From an uncultured Gemmataceae bacterium (GTDB taxonomy: Bacteria > Planctomycetota > Planctomycetia > Gemmatales > Gemmataceae), in contig CAVVPN010000003.1 in assembly GCA_963750165.1 (NCBI GenBank), forward strand, positions 2,592,001 to 2,656,000: a stretch of 64,000 nt of DNA, written 5' to 3'. Positions 11,864-21,473 of this stretch are shown in pieces (position 1 is the stretch's first letter; every line of letters starts with the position of its first letter). A program made the position numbers and the translations under genes. Under the pieces are notes generated by a model. The model saw nothing but the letters and a program-made list of their open reading frames with translations. It did not search any database and was not told the DNA's origin.

Positions 11864-12234
11864 TTCTTGTAAACCTGCTTCGGGTCAAAGATGCGTTCGC
11901 CGACCGTGCGCAGCCCGCCCGGTGTCACCTCGCGGAAGAAACAGCTCCGGAAGCCCTCGTGGCACGCCGCCCCGCCGATCTGATGCACCTTGAGCAGAAT
12001 GGTGTCCGCGTCGCAGTCGAGGAAGACGCCGCGCACCTCCTGAACGTGGCCGCTCTCCTCGCCCTTGCGCCAGAGTTTGCCGCGGCTGCGGCTGAAGTAG
12101 CACGCCCGACCGGTGCGCAGCGTCTCCTCATAGGCCTCGCGGTTCATCCAGGCCAGCATCAGCACTTCGCCGGTGTCCGCGTCCTGGGCGACCGCCGGGA
12201 GCAGACCGCCGGCCTTCTCGAAGTCGGGGGTCAT
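11860..12234 (-). CDS. hisI: Phosphoribosyl-AMP cyclohydrolase
   Basis: [34 protein letters not shown] overlap with hisG. Confidence 0.95.
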   Translation of the reverse strand: MTPDFEKAGGLLPAVAQDADTGEVLMLAWMNREAYEETLRTGRACYFSRSRGKLWRKGEESGHVQEVRGVFLDCDADTILLKVHQIGGAACHEGFRSCFFREVTPGGLRTVGERIFDPKQVYKK

Positions 12235-12249
12235 GGGGAACCTCTTCGG

Positions 12250-12331
12250 ATGAGGGGGTGAGGGGTGAAGGGGTGAGGGGGTGAAAACAGACTCTGTCTT
12301 GTCACCCCCTCACCCCTTCACCCCCTCATCC
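12250..12331. repeat. Inverted short tandem repeats (GAGGGGT-type)
   Basis: TGAGGGGGTGAGGGGTGAAGGGGTGA... mirrored by ...TCACCCCCTCACCCCTTCACCCCCTCA. Confidence 0.7.
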
Positions 12332-12332
12332 T

Positions 12333-12845
12333 TTAGAACTTGATCAAACTGAACACCTCATACGGCCGCAGCCGTTCGCGGCCCTTGAGGAACTCCAGCT
12401 CCACCAGCACGACGCAGCCCATCGCCCGGCCGCCGCTCTTCTCGATCAGCTGGCAGCCGGCCACCAGAGTGCCGCCGGTTGCCAACAGGTCATCGACCAG
12501 CAGCACCCGCGCCCCCTTCGTGATGCCGTCGATGTGGATGTGCAGTTCGGCGCTGCCGTACTCCAGGTCGTACTGCAGCGCGTGCGTGCGATAGGGCAGT
12601 TTGCCGGGCTTGCGCAGCGGCACCAGCGGCTTGCGCAGCGCCAGCGCCAGCGGTGCGGCGAACAGGAAGCCGCGTGCCTCCGCTGCGGCGATGGCATCCA
12701 CCCCCTTGTCGGTGTAGTGCTCCGCCATGCGGCGGATGGCATCGGCGAACGCGGCTGGCTCGCTCAGCAGCGGCGTTATGTCCTTGAAAAGGATGCCGGG
12801 TTTCGGAAAATCAGGAACGTCACGGATGTACTTCGCCAGGTCCAT
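12333..12845 (-). CDS. apt: Adenine phosphoribosyltransferase
   Basis: PDFPKPGILFKDIT, RKPGKLP, VDDLLATGGT; start at MDLAKYIR. Confidence 0.95.
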   Translation of the reverse strand: MDLAKYIRDVPDFPKPGILFKDITPLLSEPAAFADAIRRMAEHYTDKGVDAIAAAEARGFLFAAPLALALRKPLVPLRKPGKLPYRTHALQYDLEYGSAELHIHIDGITKGARVLLVDDLLATGGTLVAGCQLIEKSGGRAMGCVVLVELEFLKGRERLRPYEVFSLIKF

Positions 12846-12906
12846 CGAAAAACCCTTTCCGCTGCGTTTCGGGACAGGATACGAGGAACCCCCAGGTAAA
12901 GCAACC

Positions 12907-13368
12907 ATGCCGCTGACCATCCGCCCCGCCACTCGGAACGACTTCACCGAGATCGCCATGTGCAACAGCCGCCTCGCCGAGGAGACGGAAGGCAAACTGC
13001 TCGACCTGAACGTGCTGTTGCCGGGGGTATGCGCGCTGCTCGCCGACCCAGCCAGGGGCCGGTACTTCCTCGCCGACGAGGACGGGGTGGTTTGCGGCCA
13101 GCTGGGCGTCACCTACGAGTGGAGCGACTGGCGCAACGGCTGGTTCTGGTGGATCCAGAGCGTGTACGTGAAGCCGGAGTACCGCGGCCGCGGCGTCTTC
13201 CGCATGCTCTTCGAGCACGTCTCAGCGGCGGCGCGGGCGGAGCCGGACGTGATCGGCCTGCGGCTGTACGTGGAGCAGGAGAACGCCGGCGCCCGGGAAG
13301 TGTATCGGCGGCTGGGCATGACCGAGACGGGCTATCGGCTGCTGGAGTTGTATCCGCTGCCGCGCTGA
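12907..13368 (+). CDS. GNAT N-acetyltransferase
   Basis: EWSDWRNG, IQSVYV..EYRGRGVF, YRRLGM. Confidence 0.88.
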   Translation: MPLTIRPATRNDFTEIAMCNSRLAEETEGKLLDLNVLLPGVCALLADPARGRYFLADEDGVVCGQLGVTYEWSDWRNGWFWWIQSVYVKPEYRGRGVFRMLFEHVSAAARAEPDVIGLRLYVEQENAGAREVYRRLGMTETGYRLLELYPLPR

Positions 13369-13439
13369 CCCCTGATACCGAATCGCCCTGGCGCTCGGGC
13401 TCCGACCAACCACGACCATTCATGGCGATCTCGTATGAG

Positions 13440-14246
13440 TCAGCGCACCGCGATCTGCGTCCGCCGCAGGTCCGCCGCCTTGACGCCGAGCACGTCCAGG
13501 ACCGGCTGATACACCTCATGCAGATACATGTCCTCGTCAAAGATGTGCAGGTCCTTGATGGCCTGGACACGGCGGCCGCTGTCCGCGAGCAGATGCACCG
13601 CCGGCATCCGGAAGCCGAGCAGCACGCGCCGCAGTTGCTCCAGCGTCTCCGTGCGGTCCAGTTCCAGGAACACCTGCACAATGCTGCGGTAGAAGGCGTG
13701 GTGGGCACGCTCGTCCACGGCGATGTACTGCAACAGCGTCGCCAGGGCCGGGTCGCCGTGGACCAGCACGCGCTCGCGCAAATTGCGGTAGTGCAGCCAG
13801 GTCGCCAGTTCCTGCACCGCCGCGTAAATCAGCATCGCCTGCGGGCTGTCGTGCGGGGGCTCCCACTCCTTCTGGAAGACCATGTCCTCCAGGTCGGCCA
13901 TCTGCTCCTCGGAGCGCAGGCCGGAGCGCAGCAGCCAGTCGCCCAGGGCCAGCGAGTGCCGCGACTCTTCGTAGCCCCAGTTGGCGTGGAACCAGGACCA
14001 ACCCTGGTTGCTGCGGATCATCGGCAGCGCCTTGGCGATGTAGTCCGGCAGGTACATTTCCACGGCACAGAACGACTCGACCACGTCCGCGATGGCCGGG
14101 TCCATCGAGCGGTTGACCTGGTCCCAGGGGATGTCGTCGCGGATCGACCAGCGGCGTTTTTTCTCGGCGAGGTCGAAGAACTGGCGGTACATCTGGCTGA
14201 ACCGTCGGCGGAGCGTGGGGTCGTCCGGGCGGAGTGTGGTGGACAT
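13440..14246 (-). CDS. Acyl-ACP desaturase (ferritin-like di-iron)
   Basis: WGYEESRH, QELAT, DERAHH, FRMP; start at MSTTLRPDD. Confidence 0.85.
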   Translation of the reverse strand: MSTTLRPDDPTLRRRFSQMYRQFFDLAEKKRRWSIRDDIPWDQVNRSMDPAIADVVESFCAVEMYLPDYIAKALPMIRSNQGWSWFHANWGYEESRHSLALGDWLLRSGLRSEEQMADLEDMVFQKEWEPPHDSPQAMLIYAAVQELATWLHYRNLRERVLVHGDPALATLLQYIAVDERAHHAFYRSIVQVFLELDRTETLEQLRRVLLGFRMPAVHLLADSGRRVQAIKDLHIFDEDMYLHEVYQPVLDVLGVKAADLRRTQIAVR

Positions 14247-14272
14247 TCCTGAGCACTCCTTGTAAGTCGAGG

Positions 14273-15169
14273 TCAGCCGGCCAGTTTCGTGGGGGAGGGT
14301 TTGCGAATGTCCCAGACCAGGCCGCACAGGCCCAGCAGGCGGATCACGTAATAGCTCACGTCGATTTCCCACCAGAAGAAGCCCTGACGGGCCGCACTCT
14401 GGCAGTGGTGGTGGTTGTTGTGCCAGCCCTCGCCGAGCGTAATCAGGGCCACGAACAGGTTGTTGCGGCTGGCGTCGGTGGTGCGGTAGCGCCGGTTGCC
14501 GAACAGGTGGCACAGCGAGTTCACGGCGAAGGTGGCGTGGTAGACCAGGATCGTGCTGATGATGAAGCCCCAGACCAGGCCGCTCCAGTCGCCGACCAGG
14601 AAGCAGACAATCGCCACCAGCAGACCGGGCAGCCAGTGCACGCGGTTGAGCCAGCGCAGTTCGGGGAAGCGCAGCCAGTCGCGGACCATGCCGAAGTCGG
14701 TGCGCTCGTGGCCGCCGCTCAGGATCCAGCCCATGTGCGACCACCAGAAGTTGCTGCGAATCGGCGAGTGCGGGTCGGCGGCGGTGTCGGAATGGCGGTG
14801 GTGCTGGCGATGGTGGGCGGTCCACCACAGCGGTCCCTTCTGCATGGCGCTGCAGCCGAGCCAGGCCAACAGCGCCTGAAAGACGCGACTGGTTTTGAAG
14901 GACCGGTGCGAGAAATAGCGATGGTAGCCGGCGGTGATGCCAAACATGCGCACGAGGTAAAAACCGGCGCAGAGCACCAGGGCGGTCGGGGTCACCGGCA
15001 CGAAGAACACGGCCAGACACGCCACGTGTAACGTGAAGAAGGGCAGGCTGCGTGCCAGGAACTGGCAGCCGTGCCAGGTCCCAGAACGGCGCGGACGCCG
15101 GAGAGCTGGCGTCGGTTCCGTCGGGAGAGAAGCAGTGTGGATGGATGGCTCCTTGTGCTGCAGCGTCAT
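14273..15169 (-). CDS. Membrane acyl-CoA (delta-9 type) desaturase
   Basis: His boxes HRYFSH, HRQHH, HNNHH. Confidence 0.92.
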   Translation of the reverse strand: MTLQHKEPSIHTASLPTEPTPALRRPRRSGTWHGCQFLARSLPFFTLHVACLAVFFVPVTPTALVLCAGFYLVRMFGITAGYHRYFSHRSFKTSRVFQALLAWLGCSAMQKGPLWWTAHHRQHHRHSDTAADPHSPIRSNFWWSHMGWILSGGHERTDFGMVRDWLRFPELRWLNRVHWLPGLLVAIVCFLVGDWSGLVWGFIISTILVYHATFAVNSLCHLFGNRRYRTTDASRNNLFVALITLGEGWHNNHHHCQSAARQGFFWWEIDVSYYVIRLLGLCGLVWDIRKPSPTKLAG

Positions 15170-15372
15170 GGGGTGGGGCGCGGCTGGTTGCGGGCCTTGC
15201 GAATGGCGCTCTGCTTGCGCAGTTCAGCCCGGCGTCGAACCTCACACGGCTTCTCGTAGTGCTTGCGCTTCCGCAGTTCCTTTTGCAGACCACTGCGCTC
15301 CAGCAATTTCTTGAAGCGCCGCAGCGCTGCGCCGATCGGTTCCCGGTCATGAACACGCATTCGCAGAGGCAT
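15166..15372 (-). CDS. rpsU: 30S ribosomal protein S21
   Basis: ALRRFKK, ELRKRKHYEKP; 68 aa, basic. Confidence 0.93.
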   Translation of the reverse strand: MPLRMRVHDREPIGAALRRFKKLLERSGLQKELRKRKHYEKPCEVRRRAELRKQSAIRKARNQPRPTP

Positions 15373-15511
15373 AAGGTCTCCTCAACTTCAGGCCGTTCCA
15401 CTCACCACCCGGTCAGTTTACTACCGGTTTGTTAAAAAATCCAGAGGCGTGGACAAAAAAACGACACCCAGGAAAGACGTACTCCGTCTCTCCTGGGGGC
15501 TTGCCACTGGA

Positions 15512-15540
15512 ACTATAGCAGATGGATTCGGCGCCGTCCA
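15512..15540 (-). promoter_or_regulatory. Putative sigma70 promoter of rpsU operon
   Basis: TGGACG-17bp-TATAGT with extended -10 TG. Confidence 0.5.
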
Positions 15541-15593
15541 GTCCGCGAACATGGCCCGGAGTGCCTGCGGAATGAGGCGGCGCGTGCGGAGCC

Positions 15594-15672
15594 GTGTGCC
15601 ACTGCCTGGCCGCCCTGCTGAATCTGGATGCAGGTGCTGGAGATTTCGCGGGGCGGCCAGGCAGTGGCACAC
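15594..15672. repeat. Palindromic doublet
   Basis: GTGTGCCACTGCCTGGCCGCCC ... GGGCGGCCAGGCAGTGGCACAC. Confidence 0.85.
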
Positions 15673-15720
15673 TCCAACACCCGCTGCCAATTTCGAGAGG
15701 AACACCTGGGCGGCTTCACC

Positions 15721-16286
15721 TCAAACGACAGGCACTCCCAGGTCGGCCCAGGCGGGGTCGGCGGCCTGGGGACTGGCGAAGGCGCGGAAGGGTCGGGCCA
15801 GCTGGCGCAGCGCGGCGCCGGGCAAATCGACCGTGCCCCACTTCGGACTGCGGACGCGCATGGCGGCGCGGTAGGCGGCGACCTCGACGGCGCGGAGCAG
15901 GTAACGACGACCGCGCCATTCCCACAAATCCCCAAGGTCCGCCGCGGGTTCGACATCGCCGGCCAGCTCGTAGACGAACACCAGCAGCGCCCGCGCCCGG
16001 CGCCGAAGGCGTCGGCCCAGCGCTGCAGATCGGCCACGTCCGCGGCGGTGGACCAGCACTCCCAGACGCGGCGCGGCCGTTGTCGCGGCCCGGCGGGGAA
16101 GCGGCGGCCCTTGACATCGAGCACCAGCCGCAGGTCGTCGGCGGGGTCGCAGACGATGAAGTCAAGGTTCTTGATGGGGGCCGCTCCCAGGACGGTGCGG
16201 CGCTGCTCGTTGACGGCGACGTAAGCGTAGCGGTGCTGGCGCAGGAACGCTTCAAAGGCGGCTTCGTAGCGGTTGCTGCGGTCCAT
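15721..16286 (-). CDS. HYExAFE family protein (nuclease-like; frameshift near 15998)
   Basis: MDRSNRYEAAFE, NLDFIV, LDVKGR; C-terminus RSPKWGTV in ORF 15721..16059. Confidence 0.75.
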
Positions 16287-16305
16287 CGCCCACCCCCTTC
16301 GGGGG

Positions 16306-16420
16306 AGTCATTAGTCATTAGTCATCAGTCATTAGTTATCTGGTTCTCTGTCTCGGGCAAATGTTCAGCCTGGAGAGGCGGCCCAGATAACTAATGACTG
16401 ATGACTAATGACTAATGACT
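16306..16420. repeat. Inverted heptamer tandem repeats (AGTCATT / AATGACT)
   Basis: About four units on each side of a ~50-bp spacer. Confidence 0.8.
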
Positions 16421-17784
16421 CCTTCGAGAATCTTGCGGATCGCCGCCGCCACCTCGGCCGCCGGCACCGCCTGCTCCACGCGCGTCTTCAGGTCCTTGAC
16501 CTTCCAGGTGCCGCCGGCGAACTCGTCCGGCCCCGCGACCAGCGCCACGCGGAAGCCGCGCCGCTCCGCATACTGCAACTGCGGCCCGATCTTGCGCGGC
16601 TCCGGGTAGACCTCCACACCAATGTCCTGCGCTCGCAGTTCGCGCGCCAGCCGTTGATACTGGCCGAGGTAGTCCGCGCTGAACTGCACCACCAGCACCG
16701 GCGCCGGCGTCGCAACCTGCGGCAACATCTTCAACTCTTCCATCGCCGCCAGCAGCCGATCCAGGCCGAGCGACGCGCCAACTCCAGGCAGACTTTGCTT
16801 GGTGTAAAGGCCAGCGAGGTTATCGTAGCGGCCACCGGAGCAGACGCTGCCGATGTCGGGCTTGTCCAGAAGGAACGTCTCGAAGATCGTCCCGGTGTAA
16901 TAATCTAGGCCCCGGCAGATCGATAGATCGATCTTGATGCGTGCCTCTGGCACCTCGGCTGTCCTGGCTACGGCAAGCAATTCTTCCAGGCAGCGGATGC
17001 CAGCAAGACCGATTTTCAGGTTTTCACGGCCTTCGTTGTTGTCCAACCTCTCAAACCATTGCCGAACTTGATACAAGATTTCCTTGTTTGTGCCGGCTTG
17101 TTGAGCGAGCGTTACCACAGCGGCGGCGGGGTCAGACGGAATTCCCGCTTCGATCATCTCAAGGAGCACGTTGGCACGACCAATTTTGGGCAACTTGTCG
17201 AGTGCACGCAAGATCGGCACAGACTTGTCTGCCAAGCCGTGAAGTTCCAGGAGGCCATTCAGGACGAGCCGGTTGTTCACCCGGATCTCAAACTTCTCGA
17301 AGCCCAAGGCACACATCAGATCATGGATCACTAACGCAGTCTCGATGTCGCTGGCATTGGACGTGGTGCCGATGGTGTCGAAGTCACACTGCCAGAACTC
17401 CCGGTAGCGCCCGTGCGCGGTGTTCTCCCCGCGCCACACCGGCCCCATCGCGTAGCGCTTGAAGGGCGTGCCGAGCTGGCCAATGTTCTGGGCGGCGAAG
17501 CGCGCGAACGGCACCGTCAGGTCGAAGCGCAGGGCCACGTCGCGGTCGCCATGATCGCGAAAGCGGTACACAATACGGTCGGACTCTTCCCCGCCCTTGC
17601 CGAGCAGGATTTCCGCGTATTCCAGGGCGGGCGTGTCGATGGGGGCGAAGCCGTAAGAGCGGTAAACGCGGCGGGCGGTTTCCAGCAAGCGCTCGCGCGG
17701 GATCATCAGGGACGGGGGGTAATCGCGAAACCCCCTGAGCGTGCGCGGTTCGATGAGGGTGGGTTGGGCAGCTTGGTCGCTCAT
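16405..17784 (-). CDS. hisS: Histidine--tRNA ligase
   Basis: LRFDLTVP, YREFWQCDFD, RGLDYYTG, SGGRYD. Confidence 0.96.
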   Translation of the reverse strand: MSDQAAQPTLIEPRTLRGFRDYPPSLMIPRERLLETARRVYRSYGFAPIDTPALEYAEILLGKGGEESDRIVYRFRDHGDRDVALRFDLTVPFARFAAQNIGQLGTPFKRYAMGPVWRGENTAHGRYREFWQCDFDTIGTTSNASDIETALVIHDLMCALGFEKFEIRVNNRLVLNGLLELHGLADKSVPILRALDKLPKIGRANVLLEMIEAGIPSDPAAAVVTLAQQAGTNKEILYQVRQWFERLDNNEGRENLKIGLAGIRCLEELLAVARTAEVPEARIKIDLSICRGLDYYTGTIFETFLLDKPDIGSVCSGGRYDNLAGLYTKQSLPGVGASLGLDRLLAAMEELKMLPQVATPAPVLVVQFSADYLGQYQRLARELRAQDIGVEVYPEPRKIGPQLQYAERRGFRVALVAGPDEFAGGTWKVKDLKTRVEQAVPAAEVAAAIRKILEGVISH

Positions 17785-17843
17785 GACGGATCCCCGTGGC
17801 GTTGTTCCTCAATGACTCCCGCAGACGCCCACGGGTTCACCGC

Positions 17844-18039
17844 CTGGTTCGTAGTACCGCCTTTAGAGCGGTTCACACTTGGTTTGCGCACAGCCTGTGG
17901 GACGGCTCTCCAGAGCCGTCCTTGTCTCGGAGACGGCTCTGGAGAGCCGTCCTTGTCTCGGAGACGGCTCTGGAGAGCCGTCCTACGGGGCGTGATCCAC
18001 GCGGCTGTGAACCGCTCTAAAGGCGCTACTACGAACCAG
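17844..18039. repeat. Nested REP-like structure (family B arms enclosing three family A units)
   Basis: 33-bp outer arms with one mismatch; inner units at 17897-17986. Confidence 0.88.
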
Positions 18040-18043
18040 CGCG

Positions 18044-19123
18044 TTACGACTGGTTGCGCTTCTTGTCCGCGACGCGCTTCATGAAGCGCTGCTCCTCGTC
18101 GGTCAGCGAGTTCTTGCCGTGCTCCAGGATTTTTTGCAGCAGCTCGTCCATGCGGCGCTCGTCGGCGGCCTGGCTCTCCTCCTCGCGCTGACGCTTGCGG
18201 GCGGCGCGGCGCTGCAGCCAGCGCTGGATGAAGTTCTGCCGGCGCTTCCGCACCGGCGGCGGCTGGTCGCGCTCCAGGCTGGTGTAGCCCTGCGAGAAAT
18301 CGTAGCCGAACAGTGACTCCTCGCCGCCCGTCTCCAGGCGAATCCACTCCGCCTTGCACGCGAAGTAAATGAACACCGCCAGAAAGAACCACATCACCTC
18401 GTTCACGATGATCGAGAACGTGCCGACGATGAACATGACCAGGAAGCCGACGAAGATCGCCGTCAGCATCGACTGGCGGTAGCCCAGCCGCGGCCACAAC
18501 GCTGCCTGGAACATGCGGCCGCCGTCCAGCGGAAAACCGATCAGCACCACGTTGAGCAGGAAGCTGACCCAGTTCACCCAGAAGAACATCGCCAGCAGCA
18601 CCTGCCAGGTTTCCAGCGGCAGCCGATCCCCCAGGGAGACGGCCAGCAGCGAACCGGCGTGCGCCTTGCCGTCGTGGAAGTTGTACAGCTCGGGAACCCA
18701 GACCTGGTTGCCGCGCGGATCGAACGAGGGCACGAACTGGAACGCCACCAGGACGCCGCCGACCAGCGTACACAGCAGCAGATTGACCAGCGGCCCGCCG
18801 GCGGCGCAGACGAAGTGGGCACGCGGGGTGTGCGGCAGTTCACAGGAGGCCAGACCGCCCAGCGGCCAGAGCAGCACTTCGCGGGCGTCGCCGTCCACCA
18901 GGCGGGCGGCGAAACAGTGGCCGAACTCGTGCAGCAGCACCGAGAAGAACAGCAGAATCATGATGACCAGCATGGCGGCGCCGCCGACGCTGCCCCACAG
19001 GGTCGCCGCCCGCAGCCACATGCCGAGCACGAACACCACGAACAGGATGTGCATACGGATCGTGATCCCGAACAGGCGTCCCAGCGGCAGCGACCAGCTA
19101 AACGGATCACGCATGGCATCCAC
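18044..19123 (-). CDS. Site-2 protease (M50) with C-terminal DUF6576-like domain
   Basis: HEFGH, AGGPLVN, FPLDGG; tail MDELLQKILEHGKNSLTDEE. Confidence 0.88.
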   Translation of the reverse strand: MDAMRDPFSWSLPLGRLFGITIRMHILFVVFVLGMWLRAATLWGSVGGAAMLVIMILLFFSVLLHEFGHCFAARLVDGDAREVLLWPLGGLASCELPHTPRAHFVCAAGGPLVNLLLCTLVGGVLVAFQFVPSFDPRGNQVWVPELYNFHDGKAHAGSLLAVSLGDRLPLETWQVLLAMFFWVNWVSFLLNVVLIGFPLDGGRMFQAALWPRLGYRQSMLTAIFVGFLVMFIVGTFSIIVNEVMWFFLAVFIYFACKAEWIRLETGGEESLFGYDFSQGYTSLERDQPPPVRKRRQNFIQRWLQRRAARKRQREEESQAADERRMDELLQKILEHGKNSLTDEEQRFMKRVADKKRNQS

Positions 19124-19207
19124 CCGACAAGCACATGGATTCGGGAACCACTATCCAGATAGTATCAGCCGACCCCCGCCGACGCAATCACCCGTCTGCG
19201 GCCGGCG

Positions 19208-19277
19208 CCGGCGAGCGGCGCGGCGTCAGCCCGCCATGGAGCGCCAGACACGGCGGGCTGACGCCGCGCCGCTCGCC
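19208..19277. repeat. Palindromic doublet
   Basis: GGCGAGCGGCGCGGCGTCAGCCCGCC ... GGCGGGCTGACGCCGCGCCGCTCGCC. Confidence 0.85.
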
Positions 19278-19364
19278 ACGCGCTCGAGTATCAACGAGAA
19301 AAACCAGAATCCAGTTGTCCAGGATTGATCCCGGCGGTGATAATAGCGGATAGTTGCAGAAGCC

Positions 19365-21110
19365 GTGCCGTTTGCGGCCCGGCCCCCCGCCCCCGTGGAG
19401 ACGACCGACATGGCCAAGCCGATGCCTTCCCCCGTGGACCCGCACCTGTTGCCCGTGCGCCGCCGGCTGACGCTGGCGGCGTTCCTGCGGCTGCTGGTGT
19501 GGACCTGGACCGCCGCGCTGCTGCTGACCGCCGGCTGGGTCGTGGCCCAACCGTGGCTGCTGCGCGGGGCCGACGCCGACCCGCGCTGGCTGGTGGTCGT
19601 CGGCGGCCTGGTGCTGGCGACCGCGGCCGCTGCCCTCGTGGCCTGGCTGCGCGCCCCTCGAAGCTCGAGGCAGCCCTGGCCCTGGACGAGCGCTTCGGCC
19701 TCCGTCGAGCGCACCACTACCCTGCTCGGCCTGACGCCGGAACAGCAGGACTCGGCCGCCGGCCAGGCGCTGCGAGCGGATGTGGAGGAACGGGTGCGCG
19801 GCCTGGATGTCGGCAGGCGTTTCGGCGTCGGACTGCCGTGGCGGCTGTGGCTGCCGCCGGCCGGCGCCGCGGTGCTGGTCGTGCTGGCCTGGCTGTTCGC
19901 GCCGGTGCCGCCGCCGCTGGGGGCCGCCGACACCAATGACGTGGCCAGGGTGAAGGTCAAGCCCGAACTGATCGAGAAGGCCAAGGACGAGTTGAAAGAC
20001 GCGCTCAAGGCCGAGAAGGCAAAGGACCAGCCGCGCTCCGACAAGCTGCGTGAAATCCTCCTGGACATCGAGCAGATCGCCAACAACGACTTCGACCCGA
20101 ACAACAAGGATGACGTGCTCGACCAGGCCAGGGCGCTCAACGACGAGGAAAAGAAGATCGACGAGGAGATCCAGAAGGCCGAGGAGCGGGAAGAGCATCT
20201 GAAAAAGGAGTTCGAGAAGGTGTTCGGCAAGGAGGACGAGGACAACCCGCGCAAGGAGGGGCCGGGCAAGCAGGCCGAGGACGCCCTGGGCAAGGGCGAC
20301 CTCAACAAGGCCGCCGACGAGTTGAACAAGCTCGCCGGCGACCTCAAGAACGACAAGCTCAACGACGAGCAGAAGCAGCAGTTGCAGGACCAGATCCAGC
20401 AGATGAAGGAGCGCATCGACAAGGCCGCCGAGGAGCAGAAGCAGAAGCAGAAGGAGCTGGAGGAAAAGCAGAAAAAGGCGGAGGAGCAGAAGCAGCAGGC
20501 CGACAAGGAAAAAGCGCAGGCCAAGAACGAGCAGGAGAAACAGCAGGCCGAGGAGAAGCAGAAGGAGGCCGAGCAGAAACAGGCCGAGCTGAAGAAGCAG
20601 GAAGGCGAGCTGAAGGAGCAGGAGAAGCAGCAGCAGGACCTGAACAAACTGGGCCAGAAGCTGGGGCAGGCCGAGAAGGACCTGAAGGAGGGCGACGGCA
20701 AGGACGCGGCCCAGAAGCTGGGCGACGCGGCGAAGGATCTGAAGGACCTGGGCGCGGGCCAGGAGAAGCAGGACCTGGAGAACCTGAAACTCCAGTTGCA
20801 GAACGCCCGCGAGAAAATGCTGGCGGGGCTGGAAGGCGGGGGGCCGCGGCCATTCGCCCAGGACGGCGACACAAAGAGCAAGAACGAGAAGCAGCACGCC
20901 TTCGTGGACAGCAAGGGCAAGCAGCAGCGGGTCGGCTTCACCCAGGGCGGCAGCAACCAGTCGAAGTTCAGCGCGAAGGAAGTGCAGGGCGTGTTCCGTC
21001 AGGCCCAGCAGTGCGCCGCCGAGGAAACCGAGCGCCAGGGCGGCACTTTGGAGACGCGCGCCATCGAGTCGCACTACTTTGGCAAGCTGGCCAATGGCAA
21101 GAAGAAATGA
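19365..21110 (+). CDS. Membrane-anchored long coiled-coil protein (DUF4175-like); start uncertain
   Basis: Three N-terminal TM segments, then K/E/Q-rich coiled coil; compensating indels near 19657-19706. Confidence 0.75.
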   Translation: MPFAARPPAPVETTDMAKPMPSPVDPHLLPVRRRLTLAAFLRLLVWTWTAALLLTAGWVVAQPWLLRGADADPRWLVVVGGLVLATAAAALVAWLRAPRSSRQPWPWTSASASVERTTTLLGLTPEQQDSAAGQALRADVEERVRGLDVGRRFGVGLPWRLWLPPAGAAVLVVLAWLFAPVPPPLGAADTNDVARVKVKPELIEKAKDELKDALKAEKAKDQPRSDKLREILLDIEQIANNDFDPNNKDDVLDQARALNDEEKKIDEEIQKAEEREEHLKKEFEKVFGKEDEDNPRKEGPGKQAEDALGKGDLNKAADELNKLAGDLKNDKLNDEQKQQLQDQIQQMKERIDKAAEEQKQKQKELEEKQKKAEEQKQQADKEKAQAKNEQEKQQAEEKQKEAEQKQAELKKQEGELKEQEKQQQDLNKLGQKLGQAEKDLKEGDGKDAAQKLGDAAKDLKDLGAGQEKQDLENLKLQLQNAREKMLAGLEGGGPRPFAQDGDTKSKNEKQHAFVDSKGKQQRVGFTQGGSNQSKFSAKEVQGVFRQAQQCAAEETERQGGTLETRAIESHYFGKLANGKKK

Positions 21111-21141
21111 TATTGCGCTTGTCGCCTGAAAAAAGAAACAT

Positions 21142-21177
21142 CGAGCCCGGCGCTAACCCCGTCGGGCTCGTTTTTTT
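21142..21177 (+). terminator. Intrinsic terminator
   Basis: CGAGCCCGGCG-loop-CGTCGGGCTCG followed by T7. Confidence 0.75.
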
Positions 21178-21331
21178 CGGAGAAATCGGCGGCTGTGCGG
21201 CCGTGGCGGTTTGCATTCAGCCGGACTGTGACGTAGGAATTGGTTGTCCTCGACTTTTGGGGAGAAGAAGAGGACACTTTAGGGCCGTCCGACAGAGAGG
21301 GGATTGTCGGCGGCCCTTTTTTCGTACACAG

Positions 21332-21455
21332 AAGTCAGAAGTCAGAAGTCAGCAGTCAGCGGTCAGCGAGAAGGGTTGTGGTGCCAGGAAGTACACCTGG
21401 CGCCGCAACCCTTCGCTCTTTACACTGACCTCTGACTTCCAACCTCTGACTTCTG
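21332..21455. repeat. Inverted heptamer tandem repeats (AGTCAGA / TCTGACT)
   Basis: AAGTCAGAAGTCAGAAGTCAGCAGTCAGC ... CTGACCTCTGACTT..TCTGACTTCTG. Confidence 0.7.
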
Positions 21456-21473
21456 TTTTCGTGGGAGGAGCAC

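Noticed and set aside
13440..15401. 653-aa ORF suggesting a large desaturase fusion
   Set aside because: Read-through of an alternative frame across rpsU and the membrane desaturase; the real start is 14246.
19188..21074. Long Leu-rich minus-strand ORFs
   Set aside because: Antisense shadows of the K/E/Q-rich coiled-coil gene.
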